This document shows positions 1-10,817 of a stretch of 64,000 nt of DNA, in pieces. The translations under genes and the position numbers were made by a program. Origin of the DNA: Dictyostelium discoideum. Lineage: Eukaryota. Each line of letters begins with the position of its first letter. Within the stretch, counting starts at the first letter, position 1. Location: the NCBI GenBank assembly GCA_000004695.1, contig CM000154.2, forward strand, positions 32,001-96,000, written 5' to 3'. A model generated the notes under the pieces. It made no database searches, was not told the origin of the DNA, and saw only the letters and a list, made by a program, of their open reading frames with translations.

Positions 1-101
1 ATAAAAAAAAAATGATGGGAATTTCAAAAGTTTATTTTTAGTTTTGATAACTTTTATTAATAATAATATTTATTAATAATTTATTATTTATTATTTATTA
101 T

Positions 102-728
102 TTAATCTTTACCAACTAAAATTTTATAATAATTTTCTAATATTTCAGGTTCTTTATCAGGAGTGCATGGTATAGTTGGATATTGAGAACCTTTAAAAGT
201 AAAAGTTGAATTAAAGATTTCATCCAATTGAGATTCTAACCATTGATTTTGACCTCTTAAATTGTTAATGACAGCTTTTGCCCAAACGAAATAACCTTGA
301 ATTACATCAACAGACCAAGATGGTGGTGCATTAGTTTGAATATCTCTAAGATTGAATAATTTATCAGCCATTTTAACTAATTTCGATTCATTTTGAATAT
401 GTAATGCATGTTCAATTTGATGTTTCTTTCTTTCTTGTTTTGATAAAGATTTATCATCTGTTACATCCATAACATATGATGCAACTCTTTCACCAAATTC
501 TTTAATAATTTCTTCTTTTGTAGTTTGTGTATCTTCTATTGTATCATGTAATATTGCAGCTTGTAAAATATCACTGTCATAAACACCTGCTTTGATTAAA
601 TTATAGGCAACACCAATTGGATGATTAATATATGGTGTACTATGTGAATCTTTTCTTCTTTGATCTCTATGTTTTTTACATGAAAAATCAATTGATTTCA
701 TTAATTGAATTAAATGTTCATTATCCAT
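102..728 (-). CDS. HD-domain protein, MESH1/HDDC3-type (p)ppGpp 3'-pyrophosphohydrolase homologue; single exon
   Basis: 208-aa ORF with the RelA/SpoT-type HD-domain signature (...HPIGVAYNL...AAILHDTIEDT...), at the size of metazoan MESH1. Complete Met-to-stop ORF flanked by poly(A/T) spacer. Confidence 0.75.
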   Translation of the reverse strand: MDNEHLIQLMKSIDFSCKKHRDQRRKDSHSTPYINHPIGVAYNLIKAGVYDSDILQAAILHDTIEDTQTTKEEIIKEFGERVASYVMDVTDDKSLSKQERKKHQIEHALHIQNESKLVKMADKLFNLRDIQTNAPPSWSVDVIQGYFVWAKAVINNLRGQNQWLESQLDEIFNSTFTFKGSQYPTIPCTPDKEPEILENYYKILVGKD

Positions 729-1456
729 TTTTTTTTTTTATTTTGATTGGGTGGTTTCTTTTTATGATTACAATTAAAATTAAAAAAAAAAAAAAAAAAA
801 TTTTTTAATTTATTTTTTTAATTTTTTTAATTTTTTTTATGTGAAATTTCCCAACACCAAAATCTTGCTATGGCCACGTCTATTTTTTAAGGGATTTTTT
901 ATTTTCTAAGGTATTTTTTTTTTTTAAAACACAAAATGATATTATTAAAATTATTTGATTTTATTGAGATATTATATTAGTTTTACCTTAGTGCACAGTT
1001 TGTATTTCAAATACCAAATTGTAGGTATGAGTTGAAGTGGACATGATTTCATGAAAAAAAAAAAAAAATGACAGTTATAACAATTAAAAGATAGATTACG
1101 ATCAGGGATATACCTTAGGAAACATAGCAGCTCGACTTTGAATGGCTCAATGCAATGTGAATTTGTCAGTCCTAAGAATGGAGAATATATGGTTATATAT
1201 GGAGATTATGATGTAATTGATGAAAAATAAACCTTTTAAATATTAAAAAAATAATTATTTAAATATCTAAAAACTAAGAAATAATAATCTTATTGTAGTA
1301 AATTCCAAAAATAAATTAAAAAATTAAACCCACTTTTTTTTTTTTTTTTAATTTTTTTTTTTTTAATTTTTTTTTATTCCCGCAGGATATTGTCTATGCA
1401 GGTATCTTAAACACATTTTCAAAAAAAAGAAAATAAAAAATAATCTTATCATACAT

Positions 1457-1769
1457 ATGGATGAATTTCAATCAAAGGCATTTGAAGTTGGAGAAGAGAT
1501 AGAACCAGATGATAATGAACCATTAACAGGTGAAGAATATTTACAAAGGGTTAAATGGCATTCAAATCGTTGTCCTTCAGTTGTTGTTGCAGATATAGAT
1601 TACAGTAAAATTAAAGTTACAATTCCTTCAAATAGTTATTTTACATTACCACCTTCAATTACAAAATGTAAAAAAGAATTATTACCAACACCAACATGGG
1701 AAAAAGAATTTTTAAATGATTTTTCAGAATTTAGACAAAAATTACAGTATATAAAATCAAATAGACCTA

Positions 1770-1834
<65 letters not shown>

Positions 1835-2452
1835 TTAATACCTCAACTACCACATATAAATGATAAAAGATATTGGTATATATTTTGTTTTGGTAGTAAT
1901 GGTAATAATAATAATAATAATAATGATATAAAAATGAAAGATTTTAATGATAATCAAGAAGATGATGATGATGATGAAAACAATGAAGATTATGAATATA
2001 ATGAAAATAAAGAAGAGGAAGAAGAAGAAGAAGAGGAAGAAGAAGAAGAAGAGGAAGTAGAAGAGGAGGAAGAGGAGGAAGAAGAAGAAGAAGAAGTGGT
2101 AGATTATTCAACTAAAAAACCAACATTAGGTAATAAACCAACAATGGATATATTATGTAGATTGGATCATGTTTTAACGGTTGCATTAGTAAATTATCAT
2201 ATTGAATGGTTAGAGAAAAGAGAATTTACTCAAGAGAGATCATATTGGTTATATATGCTTTTATCATTATTAGAGAAACCTATTGATCCAGATACATGTT
2301 CAAATTTACGTTCATGTATAAGAAGGTTATCAGTATTTAGATCTAAAATAACAAATTTAAATGATCCAAATCTACCATCAATTAATATCCTTTTCACAAT
2401 TATAGCTAAATATTTTGATCAATTAGAACCATCTGATATTTTATATTTATAA
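1457..2452 (+). CDS. gemin2: Gemin2 (SMN-interacting protein 1) homologue; single exon with internal poly-Asn and poly-Glu tracts
   Basis: N-terminal 'EEYLQRVKWHSNRCPSVVVADID' and C-terminal 'REFTQERSYWLYMLLSLLEKPI ... INILFTIIAKYFDQ' match the conserved Gemin2/SIP1 blocks (human '[22 protein letters not shown]', '[22 protein letters not shown]', 'LNLLICLVSRYFDQ'). The (AAT)n and (GAA/GAG)n inserts are in frame. Confidence 0.8.
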
Positions 2453-2539
2453 AAATAAATAAATAAATAGATAAATAAATAAAAAAAAAAAAAAAACAAA
2501 TTTAATTTATTACAAAACACTATTATTTTATTATTTTAT

Positions 2540-3400
2540 TTAAATCTTTGAATTTGAAATATCATTATTATTATTATCAACAAAGATTTGATTTAAAGGT
2601 TTATCTTGAATACAAAATTGATTAATTATTGATTCAACATCTTCTTTAATTTCATCTAAATCAATATTATTATTATTATTTTGAGAAGTGGTGGTGGTGG
2701 CAGTGTTATTATGTTGTAATAAAGTTGTTGAGATTGAATCAATTAATTTTGATTTCTTTTCTTTTTGAGAATCTCTATTATTTACAATAACTCTTAAAGC
2801 TTCCCAATTTTCATCAAAAATTTTTGTAAAGTTTTTAGATCTTTCATAAATTTGTGAAAAATAACTTATTGCAATAATAATTACACAAACTGTAATCGTG
2901 TAATGGAATATATTTGACTTAAATTTCTCTTTTTTTAATAATCTATGACTTTCAATTCTTCTGTTATTTAAATCTTCAATTAATTTATCATATTTTTTTT
3001 CATCTTCCCTTACTCTTTTTTCAAAACCAGCAAATAATTCACCTATCAAACCTTCTTGAAGTTTAAGAACTGGACTCTTTTCATATTTAAATCCTGTCTT
3101 TTCTTCATCCATTGCAATGAATTTTTTAAATGACTCTTTATCTGATTCAACTTTATCTAAAATTTCTTGTAATGCTTTTTTATCTTCTTCAGGAACTCCT
3201 CCAAAATTTTTATTTTCATAATTATTATCGATATTATTGATATTATTATTATTATTATCGTTATTTTTATTATTACTTGAGAAAAATAATTGGTTTGATT
3301 GTTTTCTTATATATGTTGGTTTATTTAAAAATGATGTTGATGAAATCATTGATTTGATTCCATTTTTATTAATTAATTTTAATGATTTATTGAAATTCAT
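2540..3400 (-). CDS. hypothetical protein with basic/Ser-rich N-terminus (possible mitochondrial presequence), a coiled-coil segment and one predicted TM helix (…ITVCVIIIAISYF…)
   Basis: 286-aa Met-to-stop ORF. No family recognised by eye. The Asn tracts are typical of this genome. Confidence 0.5.
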   Translation of the reverse strand: MNFNKSLKLINKNGIKSMISSTSFLNKPTYIRKQSNQLFFSSNNKNNDNNNNNINNIDNNYENKNFGGVPEEDKKALQEILDKVESDKESFKKFIAMDEEKTGFKYEKSPVLKLQEGLIGELFAGFEKRVREDEKKYDKLIEDLNNRRIESHRLLKKEKFKSNIFHYTITVCVIIIAISYFSQIYERSKNFTKIFDENWEALRVIVNNRDSQKEKKSKLIDSISTTLLQHNNTATTTTSQNNNNNIDLDEIKEDVESIINQFCIQDKPLNQIFVDNNNNDISNSKI

Positions 3401-3599
3401 TTTGTGATAATTGTCGGTGAAAAAAAATAAAAAATAAAAAAATAAAAAAAAATGAAAATGTAAATGACATGAAAAAATTATGAAAAAAAAAAAAAAAAAT
3501 AATAAAAAAAAAAAAAAAAAAATCTAAATGTACAATAAATTTGATTTAAAAATAAAATTTAAAAACTATAGTTTTTATTATATTAAAAATTTAAAATTA

Positions 3600-4529
3600 T
3601 TATGATTTATTTAAAGCTTTTAATTTATTACTAAAATCTTTTGATGATTTTTTCTTTTTTATTAAATATCCAACAGTAATAATTAATGCAACACCTAAAA
3701 CGCTAGCAACAACAGCAACTGGTATAACATAGGATTTTCTACTTGCTTCATTATCATCATCATCACATGAGGATTTAAAATCTGATGATAAAAGAACCGA
3801 AAAATCTAAATAAATTTAATAAATAATTAATAATGAGTAAATTAGTTTTTTTTTTTTTTTTTTCAGAATAATTTATAATTAATTAATGAAAAATATCACT
3901 TACCAGGATCAATTAAACATTTATTACAATATGGTAAATTTAAACCTAATGTAATTGATTCATTTTCATATGATACAATTGAAGTTCACATTAATGTTGA
4001 TCTATCATCACTCTTCATTATTGATAAGAATCTTCCATTTTGCCATTCTTTTTAATTGAAATAAAATTTAAAAAATTATCATTAACTGAATCTTTAATTT
4101 GTGTAACTTTTTCATTACAATTATTATTATTGCTATTATCTTTATCAACGATATCTGAAGTTGCAACTTGAGATTTCATTTGAATTTGTAAATTATTTAA
4201 AGTTGATAAATATGGATAATTATTAATAGATATTGATATTTTTAATGAACCTGAATCAATTGAATAGTTAAAAACTGCAAATGAATATTCTTTTGTACTA
4301 TTAACTTGTTCGATAGCATAAACAATTATACATTCAGTTTCATTCAATGTTTGATTAAAAATATTTGAATTATTTTCATACATTTCCACTGCTAACCAAT
4401 TTGTACTTTTAATGTCCCATTCTTTAATTGTATCACCATTAATATTTTGTTCAATAATTTTAGTAATCATAATTTCAAATATTGTTTCAGAGTTTTTAAT
4501 TGTTGAAATTGCATTATTTCCAATTTCAA

Positions 4530-4573
<44 letters not shown>

Positions 4574-6830
4574 CTATTATTATCATCATCATGATTTAAA
4601 ATAATTTTTGAAGAACAATCTAAACCTGTAAAACCTTGATTACATGAACATGACCATGTATTACATTTACCATTTCCAGAACAATTTTGATAGCATGAAA
4701 TTGTTTGAATTTCCTCTTGATATTTAAATAAATTTTTACCAATCCATTCAATTCAATTTTGATTTATATAACCATTTTGAAAACCATTATTTGGTTTATT
4801 TGATAATGTACAATTAATGATTTTATCTGTTGTTGTAATATTTATACATGCTGTCATCGTTGTTGAATTAACAACACCAATTTTAATAAATAGATCATTA
4901 TGAATTTTTCCAAACCAACCATAAAAACTAATTGAATTACCAATTTGTGAAACACTCGAAGAATAATGATTTGCTATTAAACAATTTTCACCAAGCCATC
5001 CTGAACTACATTTACATTCTCCAATTGATAAATCACAATATTCATTTGAAGTACAAGCTTTTGTACAATTAATTTCAAGACAAGAAGCACCACTATGTTT
5101 ACTATCACAAATACATCTTTCATTTCATGAAGCAAGTACCATTAAAATTACAATATGATAATGATACAACTGGTGATAAACTTGATTTCACCACAACCAA
5201 TCCGCAATTAATTTCATAAAATGTTGATGATAAAACATTACATTATATCCACCAATATCAATTGATATAGTTGATACATTATAACTGAAATATGCACCAC
5301 CAATTATTACTAAATCATTTACAATTGAAATATTTTTAATTTGTGGTGGTAATGGGTTTGAACTAACTCTATAAACTCTTGAAGAAATTCTAAATGTTAA
5401 ATCTATATAATAACCAAGTGGTGGTGAAGTTGAACTTGCATAATAAGAAATTGATGGAATATCCATTCTAAAATATAATCCACTTGAAGATGAACTAACA
5501 TAATCATCAGAGAATCCTAAATCCTTTACAAATAAATATGTCATACCTTTTGTTGAATCATTTCTTAAATTTGGTACAATTGTTGCTAAAAAAAAAACAA
5601 AAATTATAATTAATATGTTATTTAAATATATTATTAGTAATACCATTATTATTAATATAAATAATACTTACTACATGGTGGTTGATCAGAATAAAAATCT
5701 AAATTATTAAATTTATTACCAGAGAAACCATGAGTAAAACTCATAGCATCTAATTCATCAAAACTTGAATCTGGGTTCATTAATAAATTTATAAAATAAC
5801 AAGTAAAACAAGTTGGTAATTCTCCAGGTATACTATTATTTCTTAATGATAACTCTTCAACATTTTTAAAAGACATTAAATTTGGTAAACCTGAATATAG
5901 ATTTGAATCTTGAAATGAAAATGTTTTCAATGTTGATGCTATTGAATTTAAATCAAATGGAATTTCACCATTGAATTGAAATGATGATCCAACCCTAGAA
6001 ATATCAAAATCTTCTAAAATCTTTAAATTTTCAAGACTAATTAATGATGATGGTGTTGAAAATTTCATTAAAAATGTAATATCTCTATTAACATTATCTT
6101 TTAATTGAACTAAACTTGATGGAAATTCTATCAATGGTAAATATTTTTTTAAATCTTCTATATAAATTGTATCAACTTTATTATATGTTGAAAAGTTTGA
6201 ATAAGATGAAATATCAAAATTTGAACTTGCATATGAAACTCTTTTATTTTATTTAATTTTTTTTTTTTTAAAATTTAAATAAAGTTAATCATCTTTTATA
6301 TATTTTTTTCATATGAAAAAAAAAAAAAAAAAAACTTACAATCTTGATATATTAATATTTTTTAATGATGGTAAATTTGTTGATTCAAATATCCATGAAA
6401 CATCTTTTTTAATTTTGAGTGGTGTAGTTAAATCATTTATATATTTCAATTGTAATGTATATCCTGGTGTATTATCATTTTGATAACTTGAAAAAATTAA
6501 TTTAATTTAAATATATAAAATGAATTTATATTAATATATGTTTTAATATAATTAGTTAAAAAAATAAATAAATAAAATAAATAACTTACTATCTATCAAG
6601 AGATTTTAAATAAGAAAAATAAATGGTACTTGTAAATGTTTCATTTGGGTAAAATGATAAACTTTTTAATGTGGGACTTATTTATTCTACCACCTTTACA
6701 ACGATAAACATAAAGAGTATCCACTGAGCTTGGGAGATGTTGAGATGTAAAAAAGTCATTAGAAATATAAAAGTCATATAAACTTAAACTATTTAATCCA
6801 ACCATGCAGCTGAAATCACTTTGTGAGAAT
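3600..6830 (-). CDS. multi-exon gene for a type I transmembrane glycoprotein with LRR-like N-terminal region, Cys-rich EGF-like middle and conserved C-terminal 'DFSVLL…TM' exon; a paralogue of the 45605..50107 gene
   Basis: Minus-strand exons supported: about 6341..6500 and 5652..6240 (LRR-like 'LPNLMSFKNVEELSLRNNSIPGELP', continuous in frame upstream of the listed M), 5188..5646, a Cys-rich stretch about 4470..5180, 4018..4470, a short exon about 3907..3975 ending '...CLIDPG|GTAAGT', and a last exon 3600..3805 ('DFSVLLSSDF...VIPVAVVASVLGVALIITVGYLIKKKK...*'). Introns with GTAAGT...TTTAG boundaries, e.g. 5588..5678. Exact 5' end and a few junctions not resolved (an in-frame TAA at 4018 must be removed by an intron I could not place). 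Confidence 0.45.
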
Positions 6831-6855
6831 ACATAATTATTATAAGAGGTAAATT

Positions 6856-6902
<47 letters not shown>

Positions 6903-8193
6903 CCAAAAAGATATATGTGTTAAAAATAATTTGTAAAATAAAATAGAAAATGAAATTTTAATTTACATACATTGAAGTCATATAACCAGATGAATTACAA
7001 CTAAAAGGAGAACTACAAAATGCATATTTGCTTGTTGTTTGATTTAATGTAATTTTACTAATTTGGTTCGATTTTGTGGTTATATCTAAAAGGCAATCAT
7101 CTATTTTGTGTAAAAATCTTAATTAATAATAATGAAATTATATATGTTTTGTTCATTATCTCTTTAAACAAAAAAAAAAATAAAATAAATAAAAAAATAA
7201 AAAAAAAATGAAGTTCAGGTGAAAATCTAAAACAAAAATATCTTTTTATTTTAATAAAAAAAATATTCGGAAATAAAAAACTTTTAAAATAAATAGAGAC
7301 ATTTTGACTTTTATTTTATTTTATTTGATTTTATTTTAATTTAATTTTTTTTTTTTTTTTTTTTTTTTTTTGAATTATTGTTATTTGAAACTCCCTTTGA
7401 TTCTGATTTGTCTATTTTTTTTTTCAAGAGTCTTTTAAATTTTTAATTCTTATAAAAAAATTGTAATTTAAATGTCAAATGGGCACAATCGGGACATTGA
7501 GTTTAATACCTGTTCAGACTCGAGAGGTATCGTTCATTTCACTCTGCACCATCATCAATTAAGAAAGATTGTAAAATAAACTCTAATGGTGGAAAAATTA
7601 TGAGAAGAAACAGCTTTAAAAAAACATCTGCGGTCTCAAAAACCCAACAAGTCAGTAGTGACTATAAATTTGCATTAAAAATTAAATCTTTTTCTTAAAT
7701 TTCTCTTTAAAATAATATTAAATTATTAAATAATTATGTAATGAATATAAAAAATTTTCTTTTAGAAAATTTTTTTAACTATTTTTTGAATTGGATAACA
7801 CAATTATTATTTGCTTCTCCTTGAGATGCTAAATCTCATTTTATTTGTAGTATTTTTTACAGGGTTTCTAAAAGAGGTGTTAGTTTATTTTTTTTTTTTT
7901 TTTTTTTTTTTTTTTCGAATTTTTAATTGTATTATTACTTTTGATTAAAACATCTTTTTTGTCCAAACTTTTTTTTAAATCTTTTTTTATTTTGGAGTCG
8001 GCTTCGTGATTGATGTTGATGACATATTTGAATTGTTTTTTTTTATTTGAGTTCTGTCTACAATTTCGCTTATTTTTTGTAGGTATTTGTATTGGTGGTG
8101 TTATTGGTTATTTTCATCTTATTTTCTTTCTATTTTTTTTATTTTACTTTAAAAAGTTACAAATCTTGAAATTTTTTGATTAACTTGGGTTCC

Positions 8194-8196
<3 letters not shown>

Positions 8197-8242
<46 letters not shown>

Positions 8243-8860
8243 TATTATTTATAGAGAGTACTATCACTACTAGTTTTAGCGAGATTAAGGAGTCTAGCGA
8301 CAGTATGACGGGTCTTGAACTACCCAACCCCTCATAGTATCGGTGAAACCTTAAGTCACTTTCTTGACTGACATTCGCTCTCATCTCTCGCGCCACTCAC
8401 TCGCCATTCGTTTTTATATATTTTTACTTTTATCGACTTACTATGTGTGAGCGCGAAGGCCCAGAGGCATAAGCCTCCTTCCCGTTACTTGAAGTGTCTC
8501 GCCAGTGTGCCACACGTTTACTGTTGCAGTGACTGAATAACCAACGGCTTCGCTTAAGCCTTATCGAGGTGTCCTGTTGACCGTTTGTGCCGTCGAATGG
8601 TTTTGCAAACTACCTCCCCAGATTCGATGATAGTATTGTAATCACTCATTTCGGAGTTTTTAGTTGCTATGCTTATTGGTCTGGTTATACATGTCCGAGG
8701 AGATTTTTTTGCTTTAAACCATCAATATAAGCAGTTTTTATTACTTCCTACTATTGACCTAGGTCTTATATGTTTTTATGAGCCAACAGGTTATCTTACC
8801 GTTGTACCCTTGGGACATAAGTCTATCTCTTGTCTGCTATTATTTTTAATTTAAGCTTGT
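8197..8860 (-). mobile_element. candidate non-LTR retroelement remnant (TRE5-type, possibly an A-B-C module solo copy) about 25-50 bp upstream of tRNA-Lys, with oligo(dA) tail (poly-dT 8197..8236 on the + strand) distal to the tRNA
   Basis: About 620 bp of mixed-composition, non-coding sequence (about 45% GC, against a flanking spacer that is nearly pure A/T) ends in a 40-nt homopolymer and abuts the tRNA gene. Position and size fit known tRNA-gene-targeted retroelements of Dictyostelium. Assignment is from context only, with no sequence match available to me. Confidence 0.4.
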
Positions 8861-8885
8861 ATTAAAATTAAATTTACCAAAAAAT

Positions 8886-8958
8886 GCCCAGATAGCTCAG
8901 TCGGTAGAGCGCAAGGCTTTTAACCTTGTGGTCGGGGGTTCGAGCCCCCCTTTGGGCG
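8886..8958 (+). tRNA. tRNA-Lys (anticodon UUU), 73 nt, no intron
   Basis: Cloverleaf folds by eye: acceptor GCCCAGA/TTTGGGC (one G-U), D-arm GCTC-AGTCGGTA-GAGC, anticodon stem CAAGG/CCTTG with loop CTTTTAA, T-arm GGGGG-TTCGAGC-CCCCC (B box GGTTCGAGCC), discriminator G. Confidence 0.9.
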
Positions 8959-8988
8959 AAATTTTCTAAATGTACCCATTAGATCATA

Positions 8989-8999
8989 GGTTCGAATCC
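8989..8999 (+). promoter_or_regulatory. external B box (exB; GGTTCGAATCC) about 30 bp downstream of the tRNA-Lys gene
   Basis: Near-perfect second copy of the pol III B-box consensus lying outside the mature tRNA. Extra downstream B boxes are a known peculiarity of Dictyostelium tRNA genes. Confidence 0.6.
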
Positions 9000-9039
9000 T
9001 AATTAAATGGAAATTCATTACCTAATATTTCTGAAAAAC

Positions 9040-9336
9040 TTGCACCACTAATAAAATACTCTTATTGAAATGATAAAGAATTACCTATTTTTTAATTTTG
9101 TAATTGATTCTGTATTTGTTGAGTTTTATATGCGAGTTGTTACCATTTCGTGTATTTTTAAAATACTCTCTCAAAAGACCCAAACAACTTCAAAGATCCA
9201 AACGTTTTCCTCAATCAAATTATTAATTTAAGAAACTTAACATGCAAAGTCTATTGCATTCCGAAATCAGTACTCCCAAACCTAGTCTCTTTCGACCAAT
9301 TTATTTAAATAATTCTCAAAAAAAAAAAAAAAAAAT
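9040..9336 (+). mobile_element. candidate 5'-truncated tRNA-targeted retroelement remnant (TRE3-type) downstream of tRNA-Lys, ending in oligo(dA) 9319..9336
   Basis: About 300 bp of non-A/T-monotonous, non-coding sequence starting about 80-100 bp 3' of the tRNA and terminating in an A18 run. Context-based call only. Confidence 0.3.
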
Positions 9337-9562
9337 TTCTAAATAAAACTATTAATTATTGTTTATTCCCTTTAAAGGATAAACTTTAATTAATCAATAT
9401 AAAAAAAAAAAAAAAAAAAAATTTTAAAATCTAATAATATTTGATGGTAATATTGATTTTTATCTTCGTTTTTTACGAAATTTTTTATTAAACATATCTG
9501 TTTCAAATTTATATTATTAAATAAATAACATGTTGGTCATTCTTTATGTGTCAACTAGATAC

Positions 9563-9688
9563 TTCACTTTTTTATTTTTTAACGTGGCAGTTATGAAATT
9601 TTTATTTAATTCAAAAATAAAAAATATCAAAAAAGATATTTTTTTTAAAAGTTTCAAATAACTGCCACGTTAAAAAATAAAAAAGTGA
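9563..9688. repeat. perfect 31-bp inverted repeat (TCACTTTTTTATTTTTTAACGTGGCAGTTAT ... ATAACTGCCACGTTAAAAAATAAAAAAGTGA) with about 64-bp A/T-rich spacer, about 85 bp upstream of the Rab gene start
   Basis: Exact reverse-complement arms read directly from the sequence; each contains the only G/C-rich core (AACGTGGCAG) in the region. Confidence 0.9.
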
Positions 9689-9772
9689 CATAAAACATGA
9701 TTGTAATTATAAATAATAAATTAATTAAAAAAAAAAAATTAGTATCAAAATAAAATAAAATAAATATATATA

Positions 9773-10591
9773 ATGGTACTAAAAACAATAGAATATGATT
9801 ATTTGTGTAAAAGTAAATACATTTTAATACTTAAATTGATTTTTTTATGTTATTATTATCACTATTAATAAAATATATTTAAAAATAAAGTTGTTGTTAT
9901 TGGAGATTCAGGAGTAGGAAAATCAAATCTATTATCAAGATATAATAAAAATGAATTTAGTGTCGGAAAATTATCAACAATAGGTGTTGAATTCTCAACC
10001 AAAACATTAAAAATTGATAATAAATTAATAAAACTTCAACTTTGGGATACTGCAGGTCAAGAAAAATATAATTCTATAACGGAATCATATTATAAAGGAG
10101 CTATTGGGGCTTTAATTGTTTATAATATTGCTGATAGAAATTCATTTAATAACCTTGAAAAATGGTTAAAAAAATTTAGAGAAAATGGTAAATAATTTTA
10201 TAAAATAAAATTATGAATTATTATCATAAATATTAATATTAATATTTAATCAAAATTATAAAAAGCACATCAAGATTATGGAATAATGTTGGTAGGTAAT
10301 AAAAGTGATTTAAAAGAATATCGTGAAGTTTCAACATTAGAAGGTAAACAATTTGCTGAAAAACATTATATGCAATTTATTGAAACATCTGCATTAGATT
10401 CAAATAATGTTGAAACTGCATTTAATAATTTATTTAATTTTATTTATTATAGTTTATTTAAAAATAAAACTATGACTTTGGATATTAATAATAATGGTAA
10501 TAATAACAGCAATATAATGGTTGGTGATTGTGAACCAATTCAATTTGATCAACGATATACAATTAATAAACCAGTATATGATTGTTGTTAA
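9773..10591 (+). CDS. Rab11-like small GTPase, 3 exons: 9773..9812, 9891..10187, 10266..10591
   Basis: Spliced product [13 protein letters not shown]|[38 protein letters not shown]...WDTAGQEKY...|[16 protein letters not shown]...ETSALDS...DCC* contains the P-loop, the switch II DTAGQE, NKSDL, ETSA and a C-terminal CC prenylation motif. Intron boundaries GTAAAT...AAAG and GTAAAT...AAAG. Confidence 0.8.
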
Positions 10592-10817
10592 AAAAAAAAA
10601 AAATTTTAATAGAATGGTATTCTATTTTTATTTTATTTATTTGTATTTTATTTACTTTGTTTTATTTCTAGATCAGTGTCATTAATTATTGTGTCAAATA
10701 TACCTACTATATCGATATATAATTCCAATTTTTTATTTTTATTAAGTCTAATTAAGGAGTAGAATAAATGACCATTCCAAATTCTTAATAAATAGTTTAC
10801 CTTTGAATCTAATGATT

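Noticed and set aside
4412-4594. ORF 4412..4594 (+) ending in poly-Leu
   Set aside because: Antisense to the 4018..4470 exon and its (AAT)n tract on the minus-strand glycoprotein gene.
8157-8854. ORFs 8157..8396 (-) and 8669..8854 (+) within the block upstream of tRNA-Lys
   Set aside because: 8157..8396 reads straight through a 40-nt poly-A into oligo-Lys, and neither ORF has coding-like composition or codon usage. The block is better explained as a non-coding retroelement-module remnant.
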